A stretch of 64,000 nucleotides of DNA from Sphyrna mokarran (lineage: Eukaryota), in contig JAGIQG010000003.1 in assembly GCA_024679065.1 (NCBI GenBank), forward strand, positions 103,788,001 to 103,852,000, read 5' to 3'. The position numbers were made by a program, and so were the translations under genes. Shown piece after piece: positions 41,986 to 54,864 of this stretch. How positions within the stretch are numbered: the first letter of the stretch is position 1; every line of letters begins with the position of its first letter. The notes below the pieces were generated by a model that searched no databases, was not told the DNA's origin, and saw only the letters and a program-made list of their open reading frames with translations.

Positions 41986-42787
41986 ACCAAGTGCATCCAC
42001 AGGTTTGAGTAAATTTGAGTGAAGTGGGACCCCTTATGGTCAGATACCCAGTCTGATCTATGGAGCCACGAGAATGACAATTGTTCTTGTCAGCCAGTGT
42101 TCAATCATGGCTCCAAAGGCCACAATTAAACTATGAACCCCTCTTGGTGCTGCAAATATAATAGCATGAATACTTACCAAACAAAAACAACTTCTAATAT
42201 CTGATTTACTGGATGCATTGTCTAGTATGCAACAAAAAATGCTCAATTTTTCCTTCACTTGTACTGATCAAATAGAAGTTTCATTAGCATGTTCCAACAT
42301 GTTACAATTAGCCTCATTTTTCTGTGTGGAGAGGTGAAAAGTGAAGTCAATGTGCACACTCCTGATGACTAGCAAGTGATCCCTGAAGACTTATGTGAAT
42401 ATAAGGTAGAATTCAACTAAGCTCGGCTCTGATGTTCCACATTGCCAAGTCTGCTAGTGCTTACAACACAGGAAAGGATGATCAATATTTCTGTTCCTTT
42501 TCTATCTCCAAACAAGAGCAATAGGAATAGACCTAAATCAGCAATTGTTCAATATTCCAATGCACCTGATATCATAAGAAGTACGCCAACAAATTTTAAA
42601 AAAAGTCAGCATCTTATATCATGGTCTTGACTCTCAATTGTTTTATAGGTAAAAGTTTTAATGAAATATTTTTTCATTTATTGAAAGTTATGGTGGCATC
42701 TCAGCACAGAGCAGGAAACTGGACAATAGGGTAATACATGCAAGCAATTTGCTGAAGCTGAATCAAAAGAACGGACAATTAACACAA

Positions 42788-44300
42788 GGGCCAGAATTCT
42801 CCCAAAAAATTATAATTTGCATGAAAACTGGAATAATTCACGCTATGTTTTTCGGAGGAGTTCGGAAATGTATCTCCCACACTGTATGCGCTGGAGAGGC
42901 TGAAATCAGCATGCTGAACGGGCTACTGCATGTTTGTCAATCTGTCAGTGTCAAGATCGGCGCACGTGCAATGGCTGCTCACTGCCGGCTTCCCGATTTG
43001 CCTGCCTGCCCGATCACTGATCAGTCTCACAATCCCTGCAACGCTGGCTCTCTGCCCCATTCCTGGGCCCAGCCCTGACGACAACCCAGCCCTCCCTATC
43101 TCCAGCTCGCGTTCACCCACCCCTCCACCCACCACTGCACTGCAAATCCCACCAACAGGCTGACCACTCCTCACCACAGCCCAGCCCACTCCAACTGCTG
43201 GCCACTCTCCTTTCCCCACCAATCCCAACTACAGAGTGGCAGTGGGACTTGCCACCCAGATTAATTGCCCTATAGGTCCTGCCGCATGGCACTGCCGTTT
43301 GCCTGGTGGGAAGTGACTAGGTGCCCCCTGAGCATTTTGTCACTTTGTCCGTTGGGTAATGCGGGCTGGCACTGCCAAGTGCCAATGCCTGACTCTCTGG
43401 AAGGCCACAATTGCCATTCCCCCTTCAGGCTGCCAGCTCCCCGAAAGTGGGGAGCTACTGCAAACCCCACTGGAGTGAAATACTCTTGGCAGGTTGGGAA
43501 AGGCTGGCAGGCCCGCTAATCACATTTAAATAATATTTAATTGAGCCCCTGAATGCATAATGCAGCTCTGTGCCTATTTTTGGTGCAGAGCCGACAACGC
43601 CAGAAATCTGTCACTGGGAGAGGTGTTTGGGGCCAGACGCCCCGCGCTAGTCAGACCCCGCTGAAATCTCCCAGCCCTCTGCGCAAAGTGTAGCGGGATG
43701 GCGAAACACCCCCAAGAAGTCACTGATTTTAAAATTTTAGTTTTGAGAAGTTTTGATTTTTTTTCAATCAAATTTGATTTTTCTTCGTGGAGCGAGAAAC
43801 CATGTTTTTCAAACTTCATTAGACTGTGGGAGGTAATGTTTACCCGTGAGCATATTCGCCTCCAGATGTCTGGTAAAATGTCTCATTGTGGAGGTGGAGT
43901 GTGGGCATCAGACCAGAGAAAATGTCCAATTTGTATAACTGCCAGATGTATTTGTGTAAAATCATCAGGATCAACTCTTTACTCAGCAGAGTGGAGTTGA
44001 TGAAGGGCTGTCACTGGGAGGAGGGGAGGTGGGGAAGGACGAGGGGTCCTCGGCAAACTCCCTCACAAAAGAAAAATAGACAGGTTCAGACATTCCATTG
44101 AACATTAAATACTTGGCACAGTCGAGGCACCTGTAGAGCTGCCTACGTCCACTGACCCATGTGAAGGAGATGCCCTCCCACTGACCCTGCAGATGCACGA
44201 GGGATACAATCCTGGCCTATCCACAGCAACGGTGGCCTCTGGATTTTCAAAACATGTTGTTTTAAATTCACATAAAGTTCTGCTTTTTAAAATCGGGTCA
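42788..44300. mobile_element. GC-rich non-autonomous DNA-transposon-like sequence, probably two elements
   Basis: Abrupt GC rise starting GGGCCAGAATTCTCCC; C-rich low-complexity core with TGGCAC/GTGCCA motifs, also seen at about 57300-57700; ends TTTTAAAATCGGGTC. Confidence 0.5.
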
Positions 44301-45130
44301 TGTATTCAAAACGTTCTCAGACACCTAGATAGGGAGCAGCTGGCAGTTCCTCCTTGATAGAGAAAAGTCGCTAAGTGGATTTAATCCAACAATTTGGTGA
44401 ATATTAATTGAAAAGAATTAGAGCATTCTTGTTTCTTCTTATGGGTAACAGACATTTATTAGCACGGCTTTAATTACATTGTTAACCTTGTTAATGCAAA
44501 GTATGAAAGTGAAGAATTTAAATTGCGTTCCAAGTGCATATGGATCATGGCTTGTAATTTATTTTAATAGCTGAACATACCTAAGATTTGTACCTTTGTA
44601 AAGCTGCATTCCTTAATTTGATATTGCTCGTGGCAGAAGCTATTGTATAGCATCTGCCAAATAGAAATGTTTGATGTTAATTAAAAGCAGAATAAAAGGC
44701 TCCAGGAGCACCATTTTACAGGTGGGTGGCCTGAACAGACTGCAGCTGCAGTGCGAGCACATCCCTCAAACATCTGAGGAGATGGAAATTACAGCCAGCC
44801 TGTCAGATCTGCTGTCCTGGTGGGAGATGAATTGGCTGCATTAGGGAATCACTTCATGTTTAATTAATTTAATAAAAGTACATTTCTTTTGCATGGATTT
44901 TACAGTAAGAATTGAGGACCCTCCATTACATTCATCTCCTATCCCTGGACAACACACTATATATGCATTCCGTAACTTCCTGTCTGTTTGGGAGATCTGC
45001 TCTATTCATGGAGAGTTCTCTTTAATTTTGATTTCCCCTGCTCCCGAAGCAGGTGCCTTGCCTATATTCAATGGCTCCCTTTGCAGGTGAAATGGGAAAC
45101 ATAGAAGCGCAGGGTTCAAGTATCCATCAG

Positions 45131-45425
45131 CAGTACAGCACAGTGGGTAGCACTGTTGCCCCACAACGCCAAGGACCCGGGTTCAATTCCCAGCTTGGGT
45201 CACTGTCTGTGTGGCGTTTTCATGTTCTCTCCGTATCTGCGTGGGTTTCCTCTGGGTGCTCCGGTTTCCTCCCACAGTCCAAAAATGTGCAGATGAGGTG
45301 AATTGGTCATGCTAAATTCTCCCTCAGTGTACCTAAACAGACATTGGAATGTGGCGACTAGGGGATTTTCATAGTATCTTCATTGCAGAGTGAATGTAAG
45401 CCTACTTGTGACTAATAATAAACTT
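45131..45425 (+). mobile_element. HE1-type V-SINE with alternative tail
   Basis: GGACCCGGGTTCAATTCCC, V-domain, tail GTAAGCCTACTTGTGACTAATAATAAAC. Confidence 0.85.
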
Positions 45426-46059
45426 CAAACTTTTTGCTTTAACTACTGTACTTACTGCACTGCATTACCTATGCAAACCATTTAGTGTCTGTCTGGTACA
45501 AAAGATCCTAAATCAAGAATAAATTTTGACAGGACCAGAAGTGTCCAAATTAAGCATTAATGGGTTTTTGAACAAAGACAGATATTATGCAAAAGTGCAA
45601 ACCACTGCTGTGAATTACCTGAAATATAGTGGGGAGAGGTGAGCAATTTTTAATTAAAATTAAAAGCATTGCTTTTGTTTCTACAATTCAAGACCAATTG
45701 ACAAATGCAGAGGGAAATGCAGTTTAGTGAAATCTGATTTCTGGGAATTAATTGCATTGGAAGTCACTTAGAATAGACAGAAAAGCATTCCCATTAAATG
45801 AAGAGAAGATGTTCATTCTAATTTAATGACTCCAAAGATTGTCCAGAATCGATGAATATCTGCAATAAAAGGACACAACTGTAGAGAAGGATGGAAGTAT
45901 AGCCTCCGATAAATACTGTCCAATAAGTGCAATAGTGACCAATGGCAGCAACTTAAAACAATTCTCTGGCTTAGTAGGAGATACCTTGAGTGGTATATCA
46001 TGCATTCCAACAGTCAGCCTCTTCCATACTTGTACCTTGAAATCCTGTAGTTACTTATT

Positions 46060-46355
46060 TTATAGTATTTAGAGAATGCAAAATAGGAGCAGACAACAAA
46101 ATGAATTATGGAAGAAGAGTCCAAAAAATCTTCCTCACATCCCAATTTCTTGATGGCAGTTGGCATGAACCTGCTGAAATGAAGTTGTTGGAATTTTTTG
46201 CAGCACTGTGGTCTACTCTTGAGATACTGGTACACAGCTTCCAATATTGCAGGAGAATCTTTTCACTAGTTTTGTGCAAGGTATGCCAACTGTACCACAG
46301 TAGCCACTAGATATTGTTCAACAGAACTTAATATACTTTGGAAAGAATTGATTCA
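46060..46355 (+). repeat. Unclassified dispersed repeat, copy 2
   Basis: Colinear with 19420-19710 in the same orientation. Confidence 0.85.
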
Positions 46356-46519
46356 GGTTGCTTGCGTTGGTAGCTTATGAAAAATATCCATCTGAAATTA
46401 ATCAATGCAGCTTAAACTGTTTTGACTAGCAGAAGGGTTAATGTCCAGAGAAGATGTACTCAAGATATTTAGACAAGAACCAGGGTGGAGATTTTATTTG
46501 CGTGTGTGTATGTGTGTGT

Positions 46520-46620
46520 GTATAAATCTGTGGGGTTACAGCGTGGGTCCTGGATGGGATTGTTGTTGAGGCAGGCTCGACTGAATGGCCTCTTTCTGCA
46601 CTGTAGAGATTCTATGATAC
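46520..46620 (+). mobile_element. 3' fragment of an HE1-type SINE, preceded by (GT)n at 46501-46520
   Basis: GGGGTTACAG..CCTGGATGGGATTG..TGAATGGCCTC..GCACTGTAGAGATTCTATGA. Confidence 0.7.
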
Positions 46621-46834
46621 TCTGATAGGAAATCAGCAAATCCCACACATGCTGCAAAGTCCAATCTTAACCATTTCTGGGAATTCCAGTTACCTTGACC
46701 ACAGAACACTTCTAATTGGGTCCTAATAACTTGATGTGGTGTTAATTTGCAAACTTATTTGCCAACTTCTCCCAGACCAGGACTATCCTCTTTTTAAATC
46801 TGGGAGGTGTGTTATTAGAGGGATTTGAGCCTCT

Positions 46835-47813
46835 ATTGAGGCTCAGGAGACAGAGGGTAGTAGTGGAAGGCTCTTTTTCCGACTGGAAGCCTGTCACTAG
46901 TGGAGTGCCACAAGGCTCAGTACTAGGTCCTCTTCTATTTGTGGTCTACATAAACGACTTGGAAGTTGGGGTATGTGGTGAGATCAGCAAATTTGCTGAT
47001 GACACTAAGATGCATGGATTGGCGGGTACAGAGGAGCAGTGCCAGGCAATACAACAGGACATAGGTTAGTAGACTGGGCAGATAGATGGCAAATGGAATT
47101 TAATCCGGATAAATGCGAGGTGATGCATTTTGGCCGGAAAAATGTAGAAGAGTTATAGGATAAAAGATAAAATTATTCGAAGTATAGAGACGCAGAGAGA
47201 CTTGGGGGTGCAGGTTCACAAGTCTCTGAAGGTGTCTTCACAGGTGGAGAAGGTGATAAAGAAAGCGTATAGTATGTTAGCTTTCATTGAAAAGGATATA
47301 GAATACAAGAGTAGGAGTTTGATGTTGCAATTGTATAGAACATTGGTTAGGCCTCATTTGGAATACTGCGTCCAGTTCTGGTCGCCGTACTATCGGAAGG
47401 ATGTGGAGTCCTTGGAGAGAGTGCAGAGGAGGTTTACCAGTATGCTGCCTGGTATGGAAGGACTGTCTTATGAGGAACGATTAGATAGACTGGGGTTGTT
47501 TTCCCTTGAAAGACGTCGGCTTAGAGGGGATCTCATAGAGGTGTATAAGATTATAAGGGGTATAGATAGAGTAAATGGAGGGAAACTTTTTCCACCTTTA
47601 GAAATGGATAGGACGAGAGGTCATGGCCATAGGGTGAGGGGGGCTATGTATAGGACGAATATTAGAGGGCAGTTTTTCACACAAAGGGTAGTGGGGGTGT
47701 GGAATGCACTGCCGAGTAAGGTGGTGGGAGCAGGCACGCTAGAGCTGTTTAAGGGTCTCTTGGACAGCCACATGAGCGTTATGCAGATAGAGGGATATAG
47801 GAGGACTGTTTAA
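46835..47813 (+). mobile_element. Relatively young 5'-truncated CR1 LINE ORF2 fragment (RT C-terminal half), two frameshifts
   Basis: SGVPQGSVLGPLLFVVYINDL, ISKFADDTK, RPHLEYCVQFWSP, FFTQRVVGVWNALP; ORFs 46809..47069 and 47202..47813; many CpGs retained. Confidence 0.95.
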
Positions 47814-47874
47814 CTATTTAACTATATAGCTGGTCATGTTTCCAACCTTTTTAAGTTTGAACCATCATTTGTGA

Positions 47875-48123
<249 letters not shown>

Positions 48124-48205
48124 TGATGTATTTATTATTAGCTGCCAAAACAGATAATTATCATTGCTGTGATTTGTACTGTGGTCTCACCAAACATGAG
48201 ATGTG

Positions 48206-48505
48206 AGACAGCAAGGTGGCACAATGGTTAGTGCTGCTGCCTCACAACACCAGGGACCCAGGTTCGATTCCCAACTTGGGTCACTGTCTGTGTGGAATCT
48301 GCACATTCCCCTCTCCCTCCCTTTTTTTGTACGGGCTTTCTCTAAGTGCTTCAGTTTCCTCCACAGTTCGGAAGACATGCATTGGCCATGCTAAATTCTC
48401 CCTCTGTGTACCCAAACAGATGTCGGAGTATGACAACCAGGGGATTTTCACATTAACTTCATTACATGTTAATGTAACCCTACTTATGGCACTTAATAAA
48501 CTTAA
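48206..48505 (+). mobile_element. HE1-type V-SINE with alternative tail
   Basis: Head GGTGGCACAATGGTTAGTGCTGCTGCCTCAC, tail GGGGATTTTCACATTAACTTCATT...AATAAAC. Confidence 0.85.
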
Positions 48506-48903
48506 ATTGTAGCAAGACTTCCTATTCTTGTACGTACACTTACCCTCCTACTAACATATGGGCATGTCCCAATCTTTTTGAACATCAACATTGAAAAGTT
48601 TCACATCTTTTAAATACATTCTACTTTTGTATTCTTACTATCAAAATGAATAACCTCATAATGTGACATTTGATTTCTCTGATGCAAAGATTTTAAAATT
48701 TCAGGATCAAATAGAAAGATAAAGCATTTCTTTAGTTGTTTGAGTGTATTCTTATTAAATTGTTATCCTAAGATGGAAGGTTCTCATTTGCAGAGTGAGA
48801 GTAATTTATTGCAGCTAAAAAATACGATAACTTATATCAAAACCTTGACATTTAGCTGGTGGATGTTCTTATTCACTTTGGAGCTTTAATTTACAGACAT
48901 TAT

Positions 48904-49268
48904 GTGCGGCATGGTGACACAGTGGTTAGCACTTCTGCCTCACAGCACAAGAGACCTGGGTTCAATTCTGACTTCAGTTGCCTGTGTGGAGTTTGCATGT
49001 TTTCCTGTGTCTGCGTAGGTTTCCTCTGGGTGTTCCAATTTTCTACCACAGTCATAAGATGCGTGGGTGAGATCGATTGGCCGTGCTAAATTGCCCTTTA
49101 GTGTCAGGGGCTCCATAAGACTAGGAGCAGAATTAGGCCAATTGGCCGATCGAGTCACGGCCGAGTCATCGACCAGCAGGATAAATAAATGGGATTAAGA
49201 GGATGGCCCCTCGGTGCAGGCTCGATAGGTCAAATGGCCGCCTTCTGCACTGCAGGGATCCTATGATT
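48904..49268 (+). mobile_element. HE1-type V-SINE with CR1-type tail and an internal insertion of about 60 bp
   Basis: Head and V-domain; extra sequence at about 49111-49172 between TAGTGTCAGGGG and CAGCAGGATAAAT. Confidence 0.8.
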
Positions 49269-49269
49269 T

Positions 49270-49610
49270 TTAGATCTGAAAGGTCTCAACAAGGTTGACG
49301 CGGAAAAAAGTGTTTATGCTTGTGGGTGAGTCCAGAACTGGTGGGAGGGCACTTGCTCTTGTAGGACAGAAATGAGAACAATTATTTTTGTCCCAATGGG
49401 TTGTGCAACTTTGGGATTCTCTGCCCAAAAGCAGTGGATCTGGGATCATTGAATAATCTTAACGTAGATTCTTGCTGGCAAAGAATCAAAACTTTTGGAG
49501 TTAGATTGGAATGTTGAACTTAAAAGACAAATAGATCAACCATGATCTTATTGAATGGCTGTATATGCTCAAGGGACCGAATACCTTACTTCTGCTCCTA
49601 TTGTATATGT
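49270..49610 (+). mobile_element. CR1 LINE 3' end
   Basis: GGTGAGTCCAGAACT; ATCAACCATGATCTTATTGAATGGC..CTCAAGGGACCGAAT tail. Confidence 0.75.
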
Positions 49611-50209
49611 TTGTAACCTGATTAGCAATATAAACATTGAGCTTAAAATGATGAAGGTCCAATTTTAGGTCAGAAAAGTTTTGGAATAACTTTTGCCTTC
49701 CCTGCAGTGGCCTTGTACTGCATACTCCACGAGAACTGCTCTCTATCATTCTAATGATCTTTTTATGATGCTTAGTAGTGCAGGCATGATGAATTTGAAG
49801 GCATGCATGCTATGTGATTTTTGATCTTTCCCCATGGCATAAGGTGAAAATGTATATTAACAGTCAGTGCTATGGGTTGCAAACCAAATACATCTTTGTG
49901 ACTGTTTGCAGCATTGGGTTCCTTTTAAATAATTCATTAGCAATAAAACGGTTCTTCACTTTAACTGGTCTTGATTGCAATGGTAATTCATAAATATTAA
50001 TAAGAAAACTATTAAATTAAGCATGCAGATTAGGAGATTTAAACTACAGTAATAAAGGATATCAACACAGAAAGGACAATGGAATGTTACAATGCAAGGT
50101 CCTGAAATGTCTACATGAGCAGATTAGCAACTGCTTACTGTGTTGAGTTTGATCATCCTGTCTCAGGTTAGAAATTATTTGTTAGTTTTTTTTCCCCGAA
50201 CATTTGAAT

Positions 50210-50433
50210 TATTCTTGGTATCCTGGCTGATAATTACCACACAATGAACATCACCGGTATAAATAACTTGGTCATTTTTATATCGCAGCTGGCAAAAGCT
50301 TGCTCTGTGCAAATTTGCCAACATGTTTCCTACATTACAACAGTGATGAAAACTTCAAAAGAACCTCTGATTATAAAATGCTTTGGGGTGCCTATGGTCA
50401 TGAAAGGTGCTACACGAATGCAAGTCTTCGTTT
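50210..50433 (+). mobile_element. DeuSINE core and tail fragment
   Basis: GTGCAAATTTGCC..GTTTCCTACATTACAACAGTGA..CTTCAAAA..GCTTTGGG..TGAAAGGTGCTA..AATGCAAGTCTT. Confidence 0.65.
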
Positions 50434-50483
50434 CCAAATGATTCTTTTTGTTCTTTAAGGTCCTCTTGGTTGTCTGTATTGTG

Positions 50484-50817
50484 GGAGGCAGTGGCATGGC
50501 GGTGTTATCGCTAGACTATTAATCCCCCTAGAAACTCAGCTAATGTTCTGGGGACCCATGTTCAAATCTTGCCACAGCAGGTAGTGGAATTTGAATTTGA
50601 ATTCAATGGAAGAAAAAATGTCTGGGATTAAGAATCTACAAGTGACCATGAATCTATTGTTGTTTGTCAGAGAAAAAAAATCCATTTGGTTCACTAATTC
50701 CTTTTAGGGAAGGAAATCTGCTGTTCTTACCTAGTTGACTCTCAACTGCCCTCCAAGGACACATAGGGATGGCAATAAATGCTAGCAACACCCAAATGCC
50801 ACAAATGAATAAAAAAG
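50484..50817 (+). mobile_element. tRNA-derived SINE, second family
   Basis: GGCAGTGGCATGGCGGTGTTATCGCTAGACTA..TTTAGGGAAGGAAATCTG..GGCAATAAATGCT, A-rich end. Confidence 0.75.
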
Positions 50818-51868
50818 AGTGGGAGATTTCTTGTGTGTGCTTTGTGTGAGAAAATCATGAAGTTTGCTTGTTATTATCATGTATGTGGTGTAGGGAGATT
50901 ATTCTCAAATACTGAGGCATTATTGATTAAAATCCCAGCAGAGGCAGGTGGGTAATGGGGACTCTCAGCACACCAAGGATTTTACAGCCTCCCCCCTGCC
51001 AGCTCAGTCCTGGGGGGCGGGGGGAGGGGCCCATGCTGACTTGAAATGAGCGGCTTTGTTTCATTGGACCTAATGTTTGGCATCTAATAAAATTACAAGC
51101 TTCAACAAGTTGTGATTGCATTTTCTGGAGGTTCATGTGACAGTCAGGCAGACGCTGACTGATTCTTTCAATTATACCTCCTGTTGGTTTTTCAGCTGGT
51201 GATGTGGTTTAATAATTACATGCAGATTTTAATACACTTCCAGATCAATTCACTCAAGAAAGCACATGTTTTTTTTCCAAAAAAAACCTAACACAATGAC
51301 ACATCAATTACAGTTATTCTCAATAGCGTAGTATCCACTTTATTGACGTTTATACTATTGTTTCTGAATTTTTAGCTAAAAGTATCCCACTGCCACTAAG
51401 TGCAAAGCATCCTAAGTTGCTGAACCATAAAAATTAAGAATGTCCCAGATTCAGTTTTGCTCTGCTTGGACTGAACTTGAACAGTGATAAGGTTGTTAAA
51501 TTTGGCCTCAGTATAGTGGATATGGAAAAATATCAGCCAGTGCTCCCAATTTTCATTATGATTCTGTGGTCCATGTTGGAAAATGTGGCTCTGTGCATAT
51601 ACATCTGGATTGGTCAGAAACCAACAAAGCCATGACATTTACCCTTTACCCACTTCCTGATGAGATCTTATGCTGTTTAAAAAGAATGACCACTTAAAAA
51701 AAAAGCCCCCACACAAGCACCTGGGATCATACGAAGTTTAACTGGTTCACACCAGGGGGAGAAATGTGGAAGAGATTTGGCTCGTATAGAAACATCTAAC
51801 ATTTTTAAAGATCCCCTTATGCTGCTCTTGAGTAATCTTTCTTGTATTTATCATCATCTCAATTTTAG

Positions 51869-52057
<189 letters not shown>

Positions 52058-53272
52058 GTGATTGTGTTTATTTCTTCTCTTCGTTTTTTTCTGTTAAGAC
52101 CTGGGAATTTTTTCTTCTTTTCACAAAATGTCTTATGATTATGTACAGTCTTTGGTCCTAATCTGCTGATTCTAATTCTGTACATTCATTATTTTGCTTT
52201 TAGAATGGGCTGGAGTAACTGTAAGTGCAGTCAGAAAAGCATCTTTTTGAAATGAAAACAGTTGACCGTATTAAATTCTCCGTTGTTCAGTTTGCCTCCC
52301 GAGTATACAAGTGTAAAATGTAACATTAGTTAAATGAATGAAACCACAGTCAGAGTTTACATCCAATGGCCAAAATTGAATAGGACTGTTCTAATCTTTA
52401 TTAATTTAAATTATTGTGTTTATGTAAAGCATCATGGCAACATCGTATGTTACAACCGTTCATTTAATTATCGACATTTAACTTTTCATTAATAAGACAC
52501 AGCGATCTCAGTTATCTGGGGCAATTTTGCATAAATACAGATTAGTTTTACCGTTGCAATCTGCAATACCTGTACTCCAGGCCTTTCTTACTGATATTTT
52601 CTCTTGGACAAGTTGATTTGTCCAAAAGAAGTAACTTCAAATCCTCTTCATTTTTTTAATGTCTTGCTGCTTCCCTGAAACGTTTATGAAGTTTTACAGG
52701 AGAATATGAAGCTGAATTTGAACACCTAAATTTACTAACGTTTCTCTTGAATTCAAATGAATGGAATTATATATTATTTTAAAACGATTATAGTTACCAA
52801 AAATAGAATTCTCAACATCCTGAGATTTTGATTTTTTTTAAATCTCCCATCGAAATGATGGGTCTCATCTATCTGTAAGGGTATATATTTTTGTAACAAG
52901 TTCTGTAATTACTCTTAATATGATACATAACTTTCCATGAATTTAAATGTAGTTTGTAAATATTTAAATGAGTCATTGTTTACATGCCATTTTGACTTAT
53001 TGTATTGTGATATATAAAACAAATGGAGTGCATTTCCCAGTAGAACTTCCTGGTGCTCTTTTTTTCTGTATCTTTTTGGTCCTGCAACTGCTGTCTTTGC
53101 AGTCTAATTGTTTTTTGCCTGGACAATCTGACTGGAACAATAATAAACATCTTTCCATGATCAACAGAGTGATCAATCCTGTTGCTGCTTTCTAATAGGG
53201 AATCTAAATCTATCTTCTGCTCTTTTTCTTTCTCATCTTTCCTGGGTGCTGGGTTCTTCGTTCTGCCCTCAG

Positions 53273-53361
53273 CGATGATACCTCCTAATCTCTCCTCATG
53301 CATGAGAAGTGACAAGCACGGGGAGTCTTGCTTCTACTTAATGGGCCCTAATCAAAATACG
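53273..53361 (+). CDS. MAGI1: MAGI1 B-type alternative cassette exon (AMIPPNLSSCMRSDKHGESCFYLMGPNQNT)
   Basis: Long pyrimidine tract and ccctcag|, donor acg|gttggt; 89 nt; matches recalled MAGI-1b AMIPPNIAACMRNEKLGEACFYLMGHNQT. Confidence 0.9.
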
Positions 53362-54560
53362 GTTGGTAGACAAATCAATATTTGCTGCTTCCATCTTGCT
53401 GCCTTATAGGCTCATGCTGTGTTCCATTTATATCCATTCAGCCATATAGTCATGAATATGCTTACCTCCATCGGTGCAGGTTGCCAGCTGATCATGCTAG
53501 CAGGACTCATATGCTTATATTTGTGGGACGCAAATTTTTTTTTTTACAAGGATTGCCCTGATGTTTTTGTACTTGACAAAGTTCTCTTTTCCCAAAGGTG
53601 CAACATTCCAATACAATTGGATACGTCCACCATAATACATCAACACCACTGAGTCCATCAACTTAAAATTAATCGTGTTTTTTAAAAAAAATTATTGACA
53701 GCGCAGTAAATTGCCCCACCACATTATTCTAAAAGGCATTCAAAGTCCAGTCCTGTACAAGGAAGATCAATTATTCCATTTTCTAATGTTGCTTTCTAAT
53801 GAAAACTTGAAAAGCGCAGCAATTTACGTATCATCAGAACTTTCAACAACCATAGGGGTGCATAACAGGCAATATCGGAATGGAATTGGGCAGTGTGTAT
53901 ATTTGGCTATCAATCTGATGACGAATGTTATATACTTCTCTCAAAGTTATAAGTTCCACAAGTTCTTTGTTTGAAGTTGTGGTAAAGAGTCACACTTGTA
54001 AATCATCTTTTCCCAATATTCAGAGAGAAGTTAAGATATTTTGTCATAAATGTTTCATGCTTTTCATGGATTGTTTTGTACAGTTTTGATTTAAGATTTA
54101 CAGACATAAATTCTGCCGATTTTGTTATTAGTGCACAAAAGTGTGAAACTACATTATTACGTTTCAGGACAGAAGAGTCTGTTACATGTGGTTGCATCAG
54201 ATTCTTATTTTGAATTGCAAGTCTTCAGACTAACTTTTGAGTAGTTTTATTGATTTGTAACACAGCGCACCAAATTTAAACTCCATTATGGTATTAAGTA
54301 CATTTAAATATTTCTTGCAAAACAGTGCACATTAGGCCCTGTATGTTTTAGCTGTATGTCTCAGTCCTCAGCATTGCCACATTTGGCATTTAACATGCTA
54401 CTTCTATACTGCAACATAGTCAGAACTTAGGTCAATCTCATAGCATATTAAAGGTTTTTGTTCTCTGTAGAAAGGGAAACAGACTTTGCCATTACATGAT
54501 GTCCAGTTTGCCTTCATGCACTGGGCTTTTTAGTATGTGTGATTGATGCACATTATGTAA

Positions 54561-54566
54561 AATAAA
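54561..54566 (+). terminator. Candidate polyadenylation signal AATAAA
   Basis: Canonical hexamer at the end of the repeat-free stretch; usage not demonstrable from sequence. Confidence 0.4.
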
Positions 54567-54864
54567 ATTGCATTTTTCAAAAGTGCATAAAAGAGGACAC
54601 TGGTTCAAAGAAATTATATCACATTGGATGATTCTATCAATTTACAAACAAAAGAAGTACAGATCTCTGAAAAACTGCTTGAGAGTTATGAAATCCCAGT
54701 TAATGAAAAATAGCACACTATTAGCACCAAGCAAAATGTTTGCTTTATCCTGCGGCTTCTGGGTTGAGATTCAAAATAGTTTCAAATACAGTTAATGGTT
54801 AAAAGGGGCACAAATTGGTCTGTAGTTTGCTTTGCCCAGATTATAGACTAGCAAACCTAACATG

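Larger units (their letters stand above)
52058..54590 (+). other. MAGI1: Probable 3' UTR of the A-type MAGI1 isoform
   Basis: AT-rich and free of recognisable repeats from the stop codon to AATAAA 54561-54566 (an earlier AATAAA is at 53142-53147); LINE fragments resume at about 54865. Confidence 0.55.

Noticed and set aside
45140-45200. tRNA-like A and B boxes here and in other SINE heads
   Set aside because: They continue into SINE cores and tails and do not form intact cloverleafs; not tRNA genes.
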